A stretch of DNA of 64,000 nucleotides from an uncultured Actinomycetes bacterium (lineage in GTDB: Bacteria; Actinomycetota; JAICYB01), in assembly GCA_964520325.1 (NCBI GenBank), contig CAZFOB010000005.1, positions 20,661 through 84,660 on the forward strand. Reading direction: 5' to 3'. A program made the position numbers and the translations under genes. The stretch's first letter is position 1. The number at the start of each line of letters is the position of its first letter. The notes under the pieces are model-generated. The model ran no database searches and was not told the origin of the DNA. It worked only from the letters and a program-made list of their open reading frames with translations. This document shows positions 23,718 through 32,558 of the stretch, in pieces.

Positions 23718-24817
23718 GGTCTGATCAACTCGACAGACCTTGTGAAGTCCTCGAGCACTTCAGGGATCGGCAGAACTCCGATACCGGGCCCGCTGGGCAC
23801 AGCGAGGTAGCCGTCGTCGAGAACGAACGGCTCGGTCACGTCTTGAGCGAAGTACCTGTCCGATGCCGAGGTGTCGCCGGGCAGGGTGAAGTTGGGGAGC
23901 GCCGCGAGCGCGACGTTCGCTGCTCTACCGAGCCCGGTCTCGAGCATGCCCCCGCACCACACGGGGACGCCGTTGGCGGCACACACGTCGTGCGCTCGTC
24001 GCGCCTCGAGATACCCGCCCATACGACCGGGCTTGATGTTCACGATCGAGCACGCGCCGATGGCGATGGCATCGGCGGCTGCGCGCGCGTCGACGATCGA
24101 TTCGTCCAGGCAGATCGGAGTGCGCACGATCTTCGCAAGCTCCGCGTGGTCTCGCACATTGTCTTCAGGCAACGGCTGCTCGATGAGGAGCAGGTCGAAG
24201 TCGTCGAGCTTGGCCAGGTGGCGCGCGTCGCCCAGTGCGTACGCGCTGTTCGCATCGACCTGCAGCACGATGTCGCCGAACCGCTCGCGCACCGCGCGCA
24301 CCGGCTCCACATCCCATCCCGGCTCGATCTTGAGCTTGATACGGCGATAACCCTCCGAAAGATAGCCGTCGACGTGGTCGATGAGCTCGGCGATCTCGTC
24401 GAAGATGCCGACGGAGACACCGCACTCAACACGCTCGCGCACCGCGCCGAGGTGCGACGACAACGACTGATCACGAGCGCGAAGCTCGGCGTCGAGCACG
24501 GCCGTTTCGATCGCCGCCTTCGCCATCCGGTGACCCAGAACCGACGACGTGACAGGACCAACATCGGACGCGCTCAAGCCGTCGGCTGCGAAGAGTGGCG
24601 GCAGGATGAAACGCCGAAGGACGTCGACCGCGCCGTCGACGTACTCGGACGAATATGACGGCTCCGAGAGCGCAACGCACTCCGCCCATCCATCGGCGTC
24701 CGGCGTGATGGCGCGCACGAGCAGGATGTCGCGTTCGGTCTGTGTACCGAAGGAGGTCCGGAACGGGACGCGTAGCGGCATGTCGATCCGTCTGAGCTCG
24801 ACGGCGTCGAGTTTCAT
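23714..24817 (-). CDS. Enolase-superfamily N-acyl/N-succinylamino acid racemase / o-succinylbenzoate synthase family
   Basis: MKLDAVELRRIDMPL.., KxK (RIKLKI), VDAN, IEQP, LDES and NIKPGRMGG are the OSBS/NSAR catalytic motifs. ATG at 24815-24817 is preceded by AAGGAG and forms ATGA with the PucR stop. Confidence 0.85.
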   Translation of the reverse strand: MKLDAVELRRIDMPLRVPFRTSFGTQTERDILLVRAITPDADGWAECVALSEPSYSSEYVDGAVDVLRRFILPPLFAADGLSASDVGPVTSSVLGHRMAKAAIETAVLDAELRARDQSLSSHLGAVRERVECGVSVGIFDEIAELIDHVDGYLSEGYRRIKLKIEPGWDVEPVRAVRERFGDIVLQVDANSAYALGDARHLAKLDDFDLLLIEQPLPEDNVRDHAELAKIVRTPICLDESIVDARAAADAIAIGACSIVNIKPGRMGGYLEARRAHDVCAANGVPVWCGGMLETGLGRAANVALAALPNFTLPGDTSASDRYFAQDVTEPFVLDDGYLAVPSGPGIGVLPIPEVLEDFTRSVELIRP

Positions 24818-26526
24818 ATGGGGCTCCTTTCGGTCAGGCCGTTCAGGCCCAGTCGAAGCTCCAGCTCGACCAGCAAACGTGACTGGGGATCGGCGAGGTC
24901 GACTCCGGACAGCTCGACGAGACGGCGCAGCCGGTAACGCAGCGTGTTCGGATGCACACTTGCCAACGCCGCCGCACGCGGCACGTCCCCGAAGGCATCG
25001 AGGTAACAACGGAGCGTGTGGATGTAGCTCGTCGAGTGCTCGGCGTCGTGACGGTGAAGGGTCGCCAAGCCTTGCGAACGCAGGTGCGGACGATCCGCAG
25101 CGAAGTCCCGAAGCTCGAGCAGCGCGATCTGTCCACGTGAGGATGCGAAATCGGCGACAGCGGGGCTCGCTGGGTCCTGGGCGAGGGCGCGCAGCACCTG
25201 GTCGGCTTCGCGCCGTGAGGACGCAACGTCGCGCAGGTGCGAGACGACTCCACCGATCCCGGCACGCAAGCTGACGCCGAGGGTTTCGTACGCGCGTGAC
25301 ACGATGTCGTGCCCAAGCTCGAGAAGTCTCGCGGGACGCTCCGGGTCGGGCCCCGGAAGCAGGACGTAGATCGTGCGTCCGAGTTGGGCGACAGCACTTC
25401 GTTGACGGAATGTCTCACCGTAGAGTCCGACCAGGTCGAGCACTCGCTCGCGCGCCAGCGCGCTCTCAACGTCGTCGGGCGACTGGGGCTCGAACGCAAG
25501 CACGGCGAATGTGCCGTCGGCCGGCACTCCAAGCCCGTATGCAACCTCGTCGAGGCCGCCGCTGCCACCCTCGACGGCTCGTCCTTCGAGGATCACGCGC
25601 AGCAGATCGCCGCGGCTGCTCCGCTCGAGGTCCTCGACCGCGCGGTGCTTGATCAGATGCAACGCCGCGATCCTGGCGGCGTCCCGGAGCGCATCCTCCG
25701 CGAGGGCGGTGAGCGGAACCTCGCCCTCGGAAACCCAGATCGAGCCGAGGATCACGTCTCGGGCCCGGATCGCGATCGCCAGGCGGGGATAGAGATCGAG
25801 CTCCGGCGGAGCGACGTAGCGGACGAGCTCGCCTTCCCACAGGCGGGCGAACACACCCGCGTCTTCGAGACGCTGCAGCCATTCGTCGGGGACGCGCCGT
25901 CCGAGGATCGTTTGCCGGCGCGGCTCGTCCACACCCTCGCTTTGCGATGAGTAGGCGAGCACGCGCGACTGCCGGTCCTCGATCGTGACCGCACCACCGA
26001 CCATCGCAGCAACAGCATTGGCGAGCGCGAAGAGGTCACCAAGCGGGAAGGTCGTCGCATCGGCCTCATCGGGCAGCGCGACGCTCGCGAGAGCCGTGCG
26101 CACCAGTGAGTGGGCCTGACTCCACGTCATCTCCGTCGGAACGGCCAGAAGCGCTACCCCCGCCCGTTCGGCAGCTTGCCGCAGGGCATCCGGTTCGTAG
26201 CGCTCGGTATCACCCCAGAGCTTGAGCGCGACCGCGGCTGCACCGGCCGCTCCGGCGCGCCGCAACAGCTCGACAGCATCCTGCGATGCACCTCCCCGCG
26301 GCATCACACCGACGCCGAGAACGATCGCACCGGCCTCGAGCTCCGGTGGAGTCGCCGGGTCGTGGATGATCGCCTCGCCGACTCCGATCTCCAATCCCTT
26401 CGGCGCACACACGAGATCCATGACCGCAAGGTTCTTCAGTACTGCGCCGAGAAGCGGCGAACCCGGCGCCTGCGCGTACGGGCGAACCTCGGGACGTGGT
26501 CGGCCGCGTCTAGTACGCGACGTCAT
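24814..26526 (-). CDS. PucR/CdaR-family transcriptional regulator
   Basis: C-terminal ..ASVHPNTLRYRLRRLVELSGVDL.. (PucR HTH) with a GGDEF-like/PucR middle region. ATG 26526 is chosen and overlaps the GNAT 3' end by 17 nt. Confidence 0.8.
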   Translation of the reverse strand: MTSRTRRGRPRPEVRPYAQAPGSPLLGAVLKNLAVMDLVCAPKGLEIGVGEAIIHDPATPPELEAGAIVLGVGVMPRGGASQDAVELLRRAGAAGAAAVALKLWGDTERYEPDALRQAAERAGVALLAVPTEMTWSQAHSLVRTALASVALPDEADATTFPLGDLFALANAVAAMVGGAVTIEDRQSRVLAYSSQSEGVDEPRRQTILGRRVPDEWLQRLEDAGVFARLWEGELVRYVAPPELDLYPRLAIAIRARDVILGSIWVSEGEVPLTALAEDALRDAARIAALHLIKHRAVEDLERSSRGDLLRVILEGRAVEGGSGGLDEVAYGLGVPADGTFAVLAFEPQSPDDVESALARERVLDLVGLYGETFRQRSAVAQLGRTIYVLLPGPDPERPARLLELGHDIVSRAYETLGVSLRAGIGGVVSHLRDVASSRREADQVLRALAQDPASPAVADFASSRGQIALLELRDFAADRPHLRSQGLATLHRHDAEHSTSYIHTLRCYLDAFGDVPRAAALASVHPNTLRYRLRRLVELSGVDLADPQSRLLVELELRLGLNGLTERSPI

Positions 26527-27391
26527 CTCGCCCCAGCACGTACCAACCCGATCGCACGAAGCCGACGATCCTGTATCCACCCTCGAGGGCCGGGAGAAGT
26601 GTCTCTCTCAAGCCGACTCGCCACTGTCTGCACAGCTCCGGATCGGCAGCGCGCATGCCGACGATGTCTTCCGGGACGAAGCACACGAGAGTTGCCGCAC
26701 GCGATGAGCTCGCGTGCGGACCTCCACGCTCGTCGGCCCGCAACACGGTGTCGGCGCCCTGCGCCACGAGAGCTTCGACGTCCGGGTCGGACAACCTCGC
26801 ATCGGCGGCGCTCACGATGCGAGCCGAGCGAAGGTCCCACGTCACCAACAAGCGATCCGACTCGTCGCCCCCGTTGATGCCGTCGGTCATGGAGCCATAG
26901 AAGTTGACGAGGTAGGACGCGGCGTCGACGCCCAGCTTCTGGAAGTTGAAATGCGCGTTGCGCCGGACGAGCGGATCGAACGTCCACGTGATGCGGTCGA
27001 TGCCGTGGCGCAGCGCCCACGCACGCTGATGCTGCTTGAGCGCATACCCGACGCTTTTCGTTTGGCGGCCGGGGAAGACACCGAGGATGTGCGAGTGCAG
27101 ATACACGCCGTTGCCGTTTTCTCCGAGGAATCCGACCACGGCTCCGGTCAGCTCGTCGCCAACGAAGGCGCCCGCGGCGTAGCTCCCCGAATGGGTGAGT
27201 GCACGGATGAGCTCGGCCGGCATCTGCGAGTTGGCGGGACCGGTCCCCCACACCGATTCGAACACCTCGGTCGCCCGGCGGAAATGGTCGGGCTGGTCGA
27301 GGAGCCGCACATCGACGCCGGCACCGGCGGCCGCCCGGCGGGCCTGCTCGCCGGCGCGCTCGACCGTGGTTTCGAACTCCGTGCGCATCAC
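26510..27391 (-). CDS. GNAT-family acyltransferase (candidate amino-acid N-succinyl/acetyltransferase)
   Basis: 293 aa. ..HSHILGVFPGRQTKSVGYALKQHQRAWALRHG..FDPLVRRNAHFNFQKLG.. has an acyl-CoA-binding-like core. It is the first gene of the racemase operon. Confidence 0.65.
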   Translation of the reverse strand: MMRTEFETTVERAGEQARRAAAGAGVDVRLLDQPDHFRRATEVFESVWGTGPANSQMPAELIRALTHSGSYAAGAFVGDELTGAVVGFLGENGNGVYLHSHILGVFPGRQTKSVGYALKQHQRAWALRHGIDRITWTFDPLVRRNAHFNFQKLGVDAASYLVNFYGSMTDGINGGDESDRLLVTWDLRSARIVSAADARLSDPDVEALVAQGADTVLRADERGGPHASSSRAATLVCFVPEDIVGMRAADPELCRQWRVGLRETLLPALEGGYRIVGFVRSGWYVLGRDDVAY

Positions 27392-27504
27392 CCGACCCTC
27401 CCATCTGGGGCAGTTCCTTCATATGTAGGATGCGACAAAAAGCTAGCAGACGCTTCGTAAGTTGCGCCTAGCCGCTCTGGCCAGAGGTACGCTACCGATC
27501 AGTT

Positions 27505-27750
27505 GTGGGTATCCCGCGGGTCTGTTGGCCGCAGCTCACGGCGGGGTTTCCCGACGGAGTGAAGCTTGCGGCCAAGACGGGAACGCTGCCCGGCATCCGC
27601 AACGAGGCCGGCGTCGTCGCGTATCCGGACGGCAAGCGTTACGCGGTCGCGGTGTTCACGCGGTCACGCGTCTTCCGCGATCGACAGCCCGAGGTCGATG
27701 CGGCGATCGGGAGCGCGGCGTGCGCTGCGGTCGAGGCGTTGCGAGCGTAG
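27505..27750 (+). pseudogene. 3' fragment of a class A beta-lactamase/PBP-like serine hydrolase (KTG box to C-terminus only)
   Basis: ..LTAGFPDGVKLAAKTGTLPGIRNEAGVVAYPDGKRYAVAVFT.. matches the class A region around the KTG motif. No SxxK- or SDN-containing upstream part exists; an in-frame TAG lies at 27469. Confidence 0.6.
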
Positions 27751-27756
27751 GGACCG

Positions 27757-28962
27757 TCAGTCCCAGATGACGGCGAGGCGCGGCGGTTTGCGGAACTCGT
27801 GTCCGCGCGGTGCGCTCGGCACATCGGGGTCGAGCCGGAGTCCGGGCAGACGGTCGAGCAGCTGGTCGATCACCGCGCCCGTCTCGAGGCGCGCGAGGTG
27901 CAAGCCGAGACAGAGATGGCGGCCCCACCCGAACGTCAGGTGATCGGAAGCGTTGTCTCGATCGATGAGATAGAGATCGGGATCGCGGAAGTGGTCCGGG
28001 TCGCGGTTAGCGCCTCCGATCATGCATTCGACGATCTCGCCTTCGCCGATGTCGGCACCGTCAAGCCCGACATCGCGGGTCGCAAAGCGGGTCAGTGTCT
28101 GCACGGCCGGCTCCCACCGCAGGGACTCTTCGATGGCCCTCGGAAGGTGCGCACGATCGGCACGCACCGCCTCGAGGGCGTCGGCGTGCCGCAAGAGCGC
28201 CCACGTTGCGTTGAGGATCATCGATTCCATCGTCTCGATCCCCCCGAAGAGGATCAGCAAGACGTTGGCGCCGAACGCCTCATCGTCCAGGCCGCTGGAT
28301 CGGCTCTGCTCGGCGATCGCGTCGAGGCGGCTTGGCGTCACGTCGAGTGCGCCCGCAAGTTGTTGACCGATCTGTTCGCGGACGAGCGCCGCCGTTGCGC
28401 GTCCCCTCTCAGCGATCGCCGGTGCGTTCTCAACGTTGGCGAGCGCGGCTGCGAAGTCGTCGTACCAGGAACGCACGAGTCCCAGATCGTCGGTTGCCAG
28501 CCCCAGTACATCGACGACCGTTCCCACCGAGACGATCGCAGCGAGGTTCCGTATGTCGGCGCGTCGCTGCGGCGCGCCAGGCTCGTCCGCGATGGCATCG
28601 ACGAGACGCGCGACGCGCTCGCGCACCGCTGGCTCGATGCCGTCGGCAAGCGCACGGCGGCGGAAGGTTGGGGCGAAGGGTGCGCGGTGATGGCGTTGCG
28701 CTTCGCCGTCCGTCGACAGCATCTGGGGGCCGAAGGTTGCCTTGATCGGCGAAGAGGCAGAGTCCGTCGTGAACGATGCGGTATCCATAAGTACGCGGAC
28801 GCAGAGCTCGCGAGGCGTAACGAGCCATCGCCGCAATGCATCGGACCACGTCACGGGTTCACGTAACCGCAGCTGCGCAAGCAAGGGATACGGATCTGCG
28901 TCGAGGGTCTCGAGTGTCACGGTCGCCCCAAGAGGGAACTCTGTAGCGCGATCCGAGATCAT
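27757..28962 (-). CDS. Cytochrome P450
   Basis: FGWGRHLCLG heme-thiolate loop, EESLRW (ExxR) and an I-helix-like LILFGGIETM. Confidence 0.9.
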   Translation of the reverse strand: MISDRATEFPLGATVTLETLDADPYPLLAQLRLREPVTWSDALRRWLVTPRELCVRVLMDTASFTTDSASSPIKATFGPQMLSTDGEAQRHHRAPFAPTFRRRALADGIEPAVRERVARLVDAIADEPGAPQRRADIRNLAAIVSVGTVVDVLGLATDDLGLVRSWYDDFAAALANVENAPAIAERGRATAALVREQIGQQLAGALDVTPSRLDAIAEQSRSSGLDDEAFGANVLLILFGGIETMESMILNATWALLRHADALEAVRADRAHLPRAIEESLRWEPAVQTLTRFATRDVGLDGADIGEGEIVECMIGGANRDPDHFRDPDLYLIDRDNASDHLTFGWGRHLCLGLHLARLETGAVIDQLLDRLPGLRLDPDVPSAPRGHEFRKPPRLAVIWD

Positions 28963-29174
28963 GCCGCCTTCATCATGCGAATGGATTGAAGGGTATGTGC
29001 CCGGAACGGGGCTTTGTCGACGAGAAGCTGCGGGGCTGTAGCCGGGGACCGAGGCGGCTCACCTACAACGCAAGGTGGAGGCGCAGCGCCTCGTCGAGTG
29101 CGGCGAGAGCTCGGTTGCAACGACGCCGACGCGTGTTCCGATGCGCTCAACGGCGATCGCGTGACGGGAAGACC

Positions 29175-31784
29175 TCACTCGTAGCGAAGCGCTTCTACAG
29201 GCGTGAGTTGTGCGGCCCGGCGGGCCGGGACCATCGCCGCCGCGAGAGCGATGACCATGGCGAGCACGGCGACGAAGGGAAGTGCCGACCATGCGAAGCG
29301 GATCGGAACCCTCGATCCCGTCATCTCCGTTATCCCGCCGATGAACGCCCACAGGAGCAGGAAGCCGAGACCGAGCGAGAGCAAGTAGGCGGCGCTCGTG
29401 AGCAGGACCGACTCGGCGACCACCATGCGTCTGATGTGGGAGCGGGTTCCTCCGATCGCTTGGAGGGTCCCGAGCTCCCGCGTCCGTAGGACGACCGAAG
29501 TAGCCAGTGCCGTGGCCATCCCGAGCGCCCCGGCGATCACGATCACGCCGATCACGGCCGAGAAGAGCCGGACGTAGCCGCCGAGCTCGCGGCGGGCGCC
29601 TTCCTTCATCTCGGCCCCCGAGATGGCGAAGTACGGCCCGAGGTTCACGCCGAGGCCGTCGCCGTCGAGATCGCTCCACTCGGCGCGCTTGGTGAGTCCG
29701 CCGTGCTCGCGCAACAGCGGCACAGTGCGATCGAGCACCTGTTTGCGCGTCGTGCCTTGTTCGAAGTTCATGTAAACCGCCGACTGCGTTCGCTCGTCGC
29801 TGCGGAGGTGGTCGTCGGACGCGTTCGCGACCACACCGATCTGCTCTCCCGGGCCGCCGACCCCGTAGCTCCCGGATACCTCGTAGCGGCGGTCGCCAGC
29901 GGCGGTTCGCAGGATGATCTCGTCACCTCGCTCGAGCTCGTGCCGTGCGGCGAGGCGTGACGGCAGCAGGACACCGGTGCCATCGTCCAGCGCCCGCCTC
30001 GCGTCGGCGTCGTTGCCGTCCTCCCATGGGAACCCGGCGATGTCGAAGAAGGGTGCAGGCTCGATGAGGACGACGTTCGCCGTCTCGAGTCCTTTACCGA
30101 CGACGCCGACGCGGTTCCCGAAAGACACGGTCGTCGCTCCGGACACCCCTTCGATCTTCGCGAAGTTGCCCGCCAGCTCGCCTACGTCCCGTCCGTTGAC
30201 GATCAGATCGGCGCCGAAGCGCGCATCGATCACCCGGTCGGCGTTCGCCTGGAGGGACCTCGTCGCACTCATCAAAGCCACGACCGCGGCCAGCACGAGC
30301 ATCACGAGAGAGAGCGTGTACGAGGAGCGTCCGGCTTCCCGCGTGAGATGACGGAAGACGACGATCCCTGATCCGGGGACGAGCCGCGTCACGATGCCGC
30401 GTGTCGTAGCGGCGAGAGCGGCCACTCCCAAAGGCACTACGAACACGGCTCCGAGCAGGATCGCGGACACGGACATCTGACTCAAGAGATCCGAGGAAAG
30501 ACCGCGCAGCGAGATGGTTGCTATCCCGCCGGCGATGAACGGCAGACCTGCGTACCAGGCTCTCGGACGCCGAGCCGACTCGGTGCGTCCGGTGACCGCC
30601 TCGACGGGCGTTGCGCGAGCTGCCCGGACGGCCGGGACCGCTGCGCCCACAAGCGTCGCGACGATCCCTACGACGACGGCAGCGATGAAGGGCGAGACGG
30701 TGAGCCGGAGCGGCGCTTCGATCCCGATCACCCCGATGCGGGCGACGAGCGACAGGAGACTCCAACCGATCCCGATGCCGAGAACGATCCCGGCGATGGT
30801 CGAGGCCACGCCCAACAAGAGCGCTTCGGTGAGGACGACCGTTGCGACCTGCGCCGGGGAGGCTCCTACGGCATGGAACAAGCCGACGAGCCGGGTTCGT
30901 TCCGCGAGCGCCAGCGTGAAGATCAGGTAGATCAGGAACGCGCCGATGAACAGCGCGAGCGCTGCTGTTCCCGTCAGGAGAGCACGGAACGACGTTAGGA
31001 ACTCGCGGAGGAACGGGTCCGGAGTGCCAGACCTGATCGAGAGATGCGGCAGAGCCACCTCTGCCGAAGACGTCCAATCGGCAGGATCGGTCCCGCGCTC
31101 GAGAAGGATGCCGACCTCGGAGACGCGATCGGGCTCCTCGATGTCCCACAGGAACTCGTTGGAGGTGAACGAGCCGTAGTCGTTCTCCTCGTTCAGTAAC
31201 GGGTAGTCGGCAACGATGGCTGTGACCGTGAGGACGATGCGTCCCGGTTTGACCCGGCGCAGGACGAGGTCTGGATCCGGCGTCGCCTTCCGGTCGTAGA
31301 CATCCTCCTTGCGTTTCGGGCGCTTCGGGGTCGCTTCCTTCACGCGGTCGCCGATGCCGGCACCGATCAGCTTCGCCGCACGTACCGTGAGCGCCACCTC
31401 GGCGGCTCCGTCCTTCGGCAAGCGCCCGCTCCGGAGCTCGATCAACTCGCGCGTAGCACCGATGTCGACGCCCTGGATGAAGACGTCCGTGCGTCCCTCG
31501 GCTTCGAGCTCCTTGTAGGTACCCCATCGCATGAAGCGCCGGACGTCCGGCAGCGCCTCGATCCGCTCGACTTCGTCGTCGGTGAGCCATGGGCGGTCCT
31601 CGGGATGGAACATCGCATCGGCGCCGCCGGCTCCAGAGCTGGCGCGCTTGTCGGCTGCGTCCTGCATGCTCTCGTTCGTCACGAAGACGCCGAAGACGTT
31701 CGCGACGCCGAGCGCGATGGCGGTCGCGGTGAAGAATGTTCGGAGCTTGCGGCGCCGCAAGCTACGCCAGGCGATCCGTGGCAT
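29175..31784 (-). CDS. ABC transporter permease with two FtsX domains (MacB/DevC-like)
   Basis: MPRIAWRSLRRRKLRTFFTA.. N-terminus, two 4-TM FtsX modules separated by large extracytoplasmic regions, and a C-terminus ..PARRAAQLTPVEALRYE. GTG 31793 is an alternative start. Confidence 0.85.
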   Translation of the reverse strand: MPRIAWRSLRRRKLRTFFTATAIALGVANVFGVFVTNESMQDAADKRASSGAGGADAMFHPEDRPWLTDDEVERIEALPDVRRFMRWGTYKELEAEGRTDVFIQGVDIGATRELIELRSGRLPKDGAAEVALTVRAAKLIGAGIGDRVKEATPKRPKRKEDVYDRKATPDPDLVLRRVKPGRIVLTVTAIVADYPLLNEENDYGSFTSNEFLWDIEEPDRVSEVGILLERGTDPADWTSSAEVALPHLSIRSGTPDPFLREFLTSFRALLTGTAALALFIGAFLIYLIFTLALAERTRLVGLFHAVGASPAQVATVVLTEALLLGVASTIAGIVLGIGIGWSLLSLVARIGVIGIEAPLRLTVSPFIAAVVVGIVATLVGAAVPAVRAARATPVEAVTGRTESARRPRAWYAGLPFIAGGIATISLRGLSSDLLSQMSVSAILLGAVFVVPLGVAALAATTRGIVTRLVPGSGIVVFRHLTREAGRSSYTLSLVMLVLAAVVALMSATRSLQANADRVIDARFGADLIVNGRDVGELAGNFAKIEGVSGATTVSFGNRVGVVGKGLETANVVLIEPAPFFDIAGFPWEDGNDADARRALDDGTGVLLPSRLAARHELERGDEIILRTAAGDRRYEVSGSYGVGGPGEQIGVVANASDDHLRSDERTQSAVYMNFEQGTTRKQVLDRTVPLLREHGGLTKRAEWSDLDGDGLGVNLGPYFAISGAEMKEGARRELGGYVRLFSAVIGVIVIAGALGMATALATSVVLRTRELGTLQAIGGTRSHIRRMVVAESVLLTSAAYLLSLGLGFLLLWAFIGGITEMTGSRVPIRFAWSALPFVAVLAMVIALAAAMVPARRAAQLTPVEALRYE

Positions 31785-31823
31785 GCCTCGCACGTCGATG
31801 GAAGGTTAGCCTCTCGACAGCCC

Positions 31824-32558
31824 ATGGCGATGATCGAGGCCCGAGGCCTCCGCAAGACCTACCGGACGTTGCAGGCCGAGGTCCGCGCCCTGGACGGCGT
31901 CGACATATCTGTTGCCGAAGGCGAGTTCGTCGCCATCATGGGTCCGTCGGGCTCGGGGAAGTCGACGCTTCTGCACATGCTCGGCGCCCTGGACACCCCC
32001 GACGACGGGGAGGTGGCGCTCGCCGGACGTAGCCTCGCGGGACTCTCGGCGTCCGAGCTCGCGCGCGTGCGCAGGCGCGATGTGGGCTTCGTCTTCCAGC
32101 TCTTCAACCTCGTGCCGGTCCTTTCGGTGGCAGAGAACATCGGGCTCCCGCTCTCGCTCGACGGTGTGCGCGACAAGGAGCGAGACGCTCGTGTCGCCGA
32201 GCTCGTCGTCCAGCTCGGTCTCGGGCCTCGCGCCGACCTGCTGCCGTCGCAGATCTCGGGTGGCGAGCAGCAGAGAGCGGCCATCGCTCGAGCGTTGGTA
32301 AACCGTCCGAAGATCATCTTGGGGGACGAACCGACGGGCAATCTCGACCGCGCGAACTCACGGGACGTCATGGAGCGGCTCGCGTCCCTCTCGGATGCGG
32401 GACAGACACTTGCCATCGTCACCCACGACCCATCGGTCGCGTCCTTCGCGAGACGTGTCGTCTTCATGAGGGACGGCCGTCTCGTCGACGAAGCCTTACC
32501 GGAGAGTCGGGGATCGACGAGCGAGATCCTTGATCGTTTGTCCGAATTGGAAACCTGA
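31824..32558 (+). CDS. ABC transporter ATP-binding protein (MacB/LolD-type)
   Basis: [24 protein letters not shown] and [14 protein letters not shown] 31824 is chosen; the upstream track extension is rejected. Confidence 0.9.
   Translation: MAMIEARGLRKTYRTLQAEVRALDGVDISVAEGEFVAIMGPSGSGKSTLLHMLGALDTPDDGEVALAGRSLAGLSASELARVRRRDVGFVFQLFNLVPVLSVAENIGLPLSLDGVRDKERDARVAELVVQLGLGPRADLLPSQISGGEQQRAAIARALVNRPKIILGDEPTGNLDRANSRDVMERLASLSDAGQTLAIVTHDPSVASFARRVVFMRDGRLVDEALPESRGSTSEILDRLSELET

Noticed and set aside
23714-24817. Menaquinone-pathway o-succinylbenzoate synthase (menC) call
   Set aside because: No other men genes are nearby. The neighbours are a GNAT, an M20 amidohydrolase and D-aminopeptidases, which fits the N-succinylamino acid racemase context better. 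The family itself cannot be split by eye.
28945-28980. Biarylitide-type mini-precursor (5-codon ORF) in front of the P450 gene
   Set aside because: The 5-codon frame overlapping the P450 start reads MMKAA*. It lacks the aromatic and His residues (MxYxH pattern) needed for P450 cross-linking, so the overlap is most likely coincidental.
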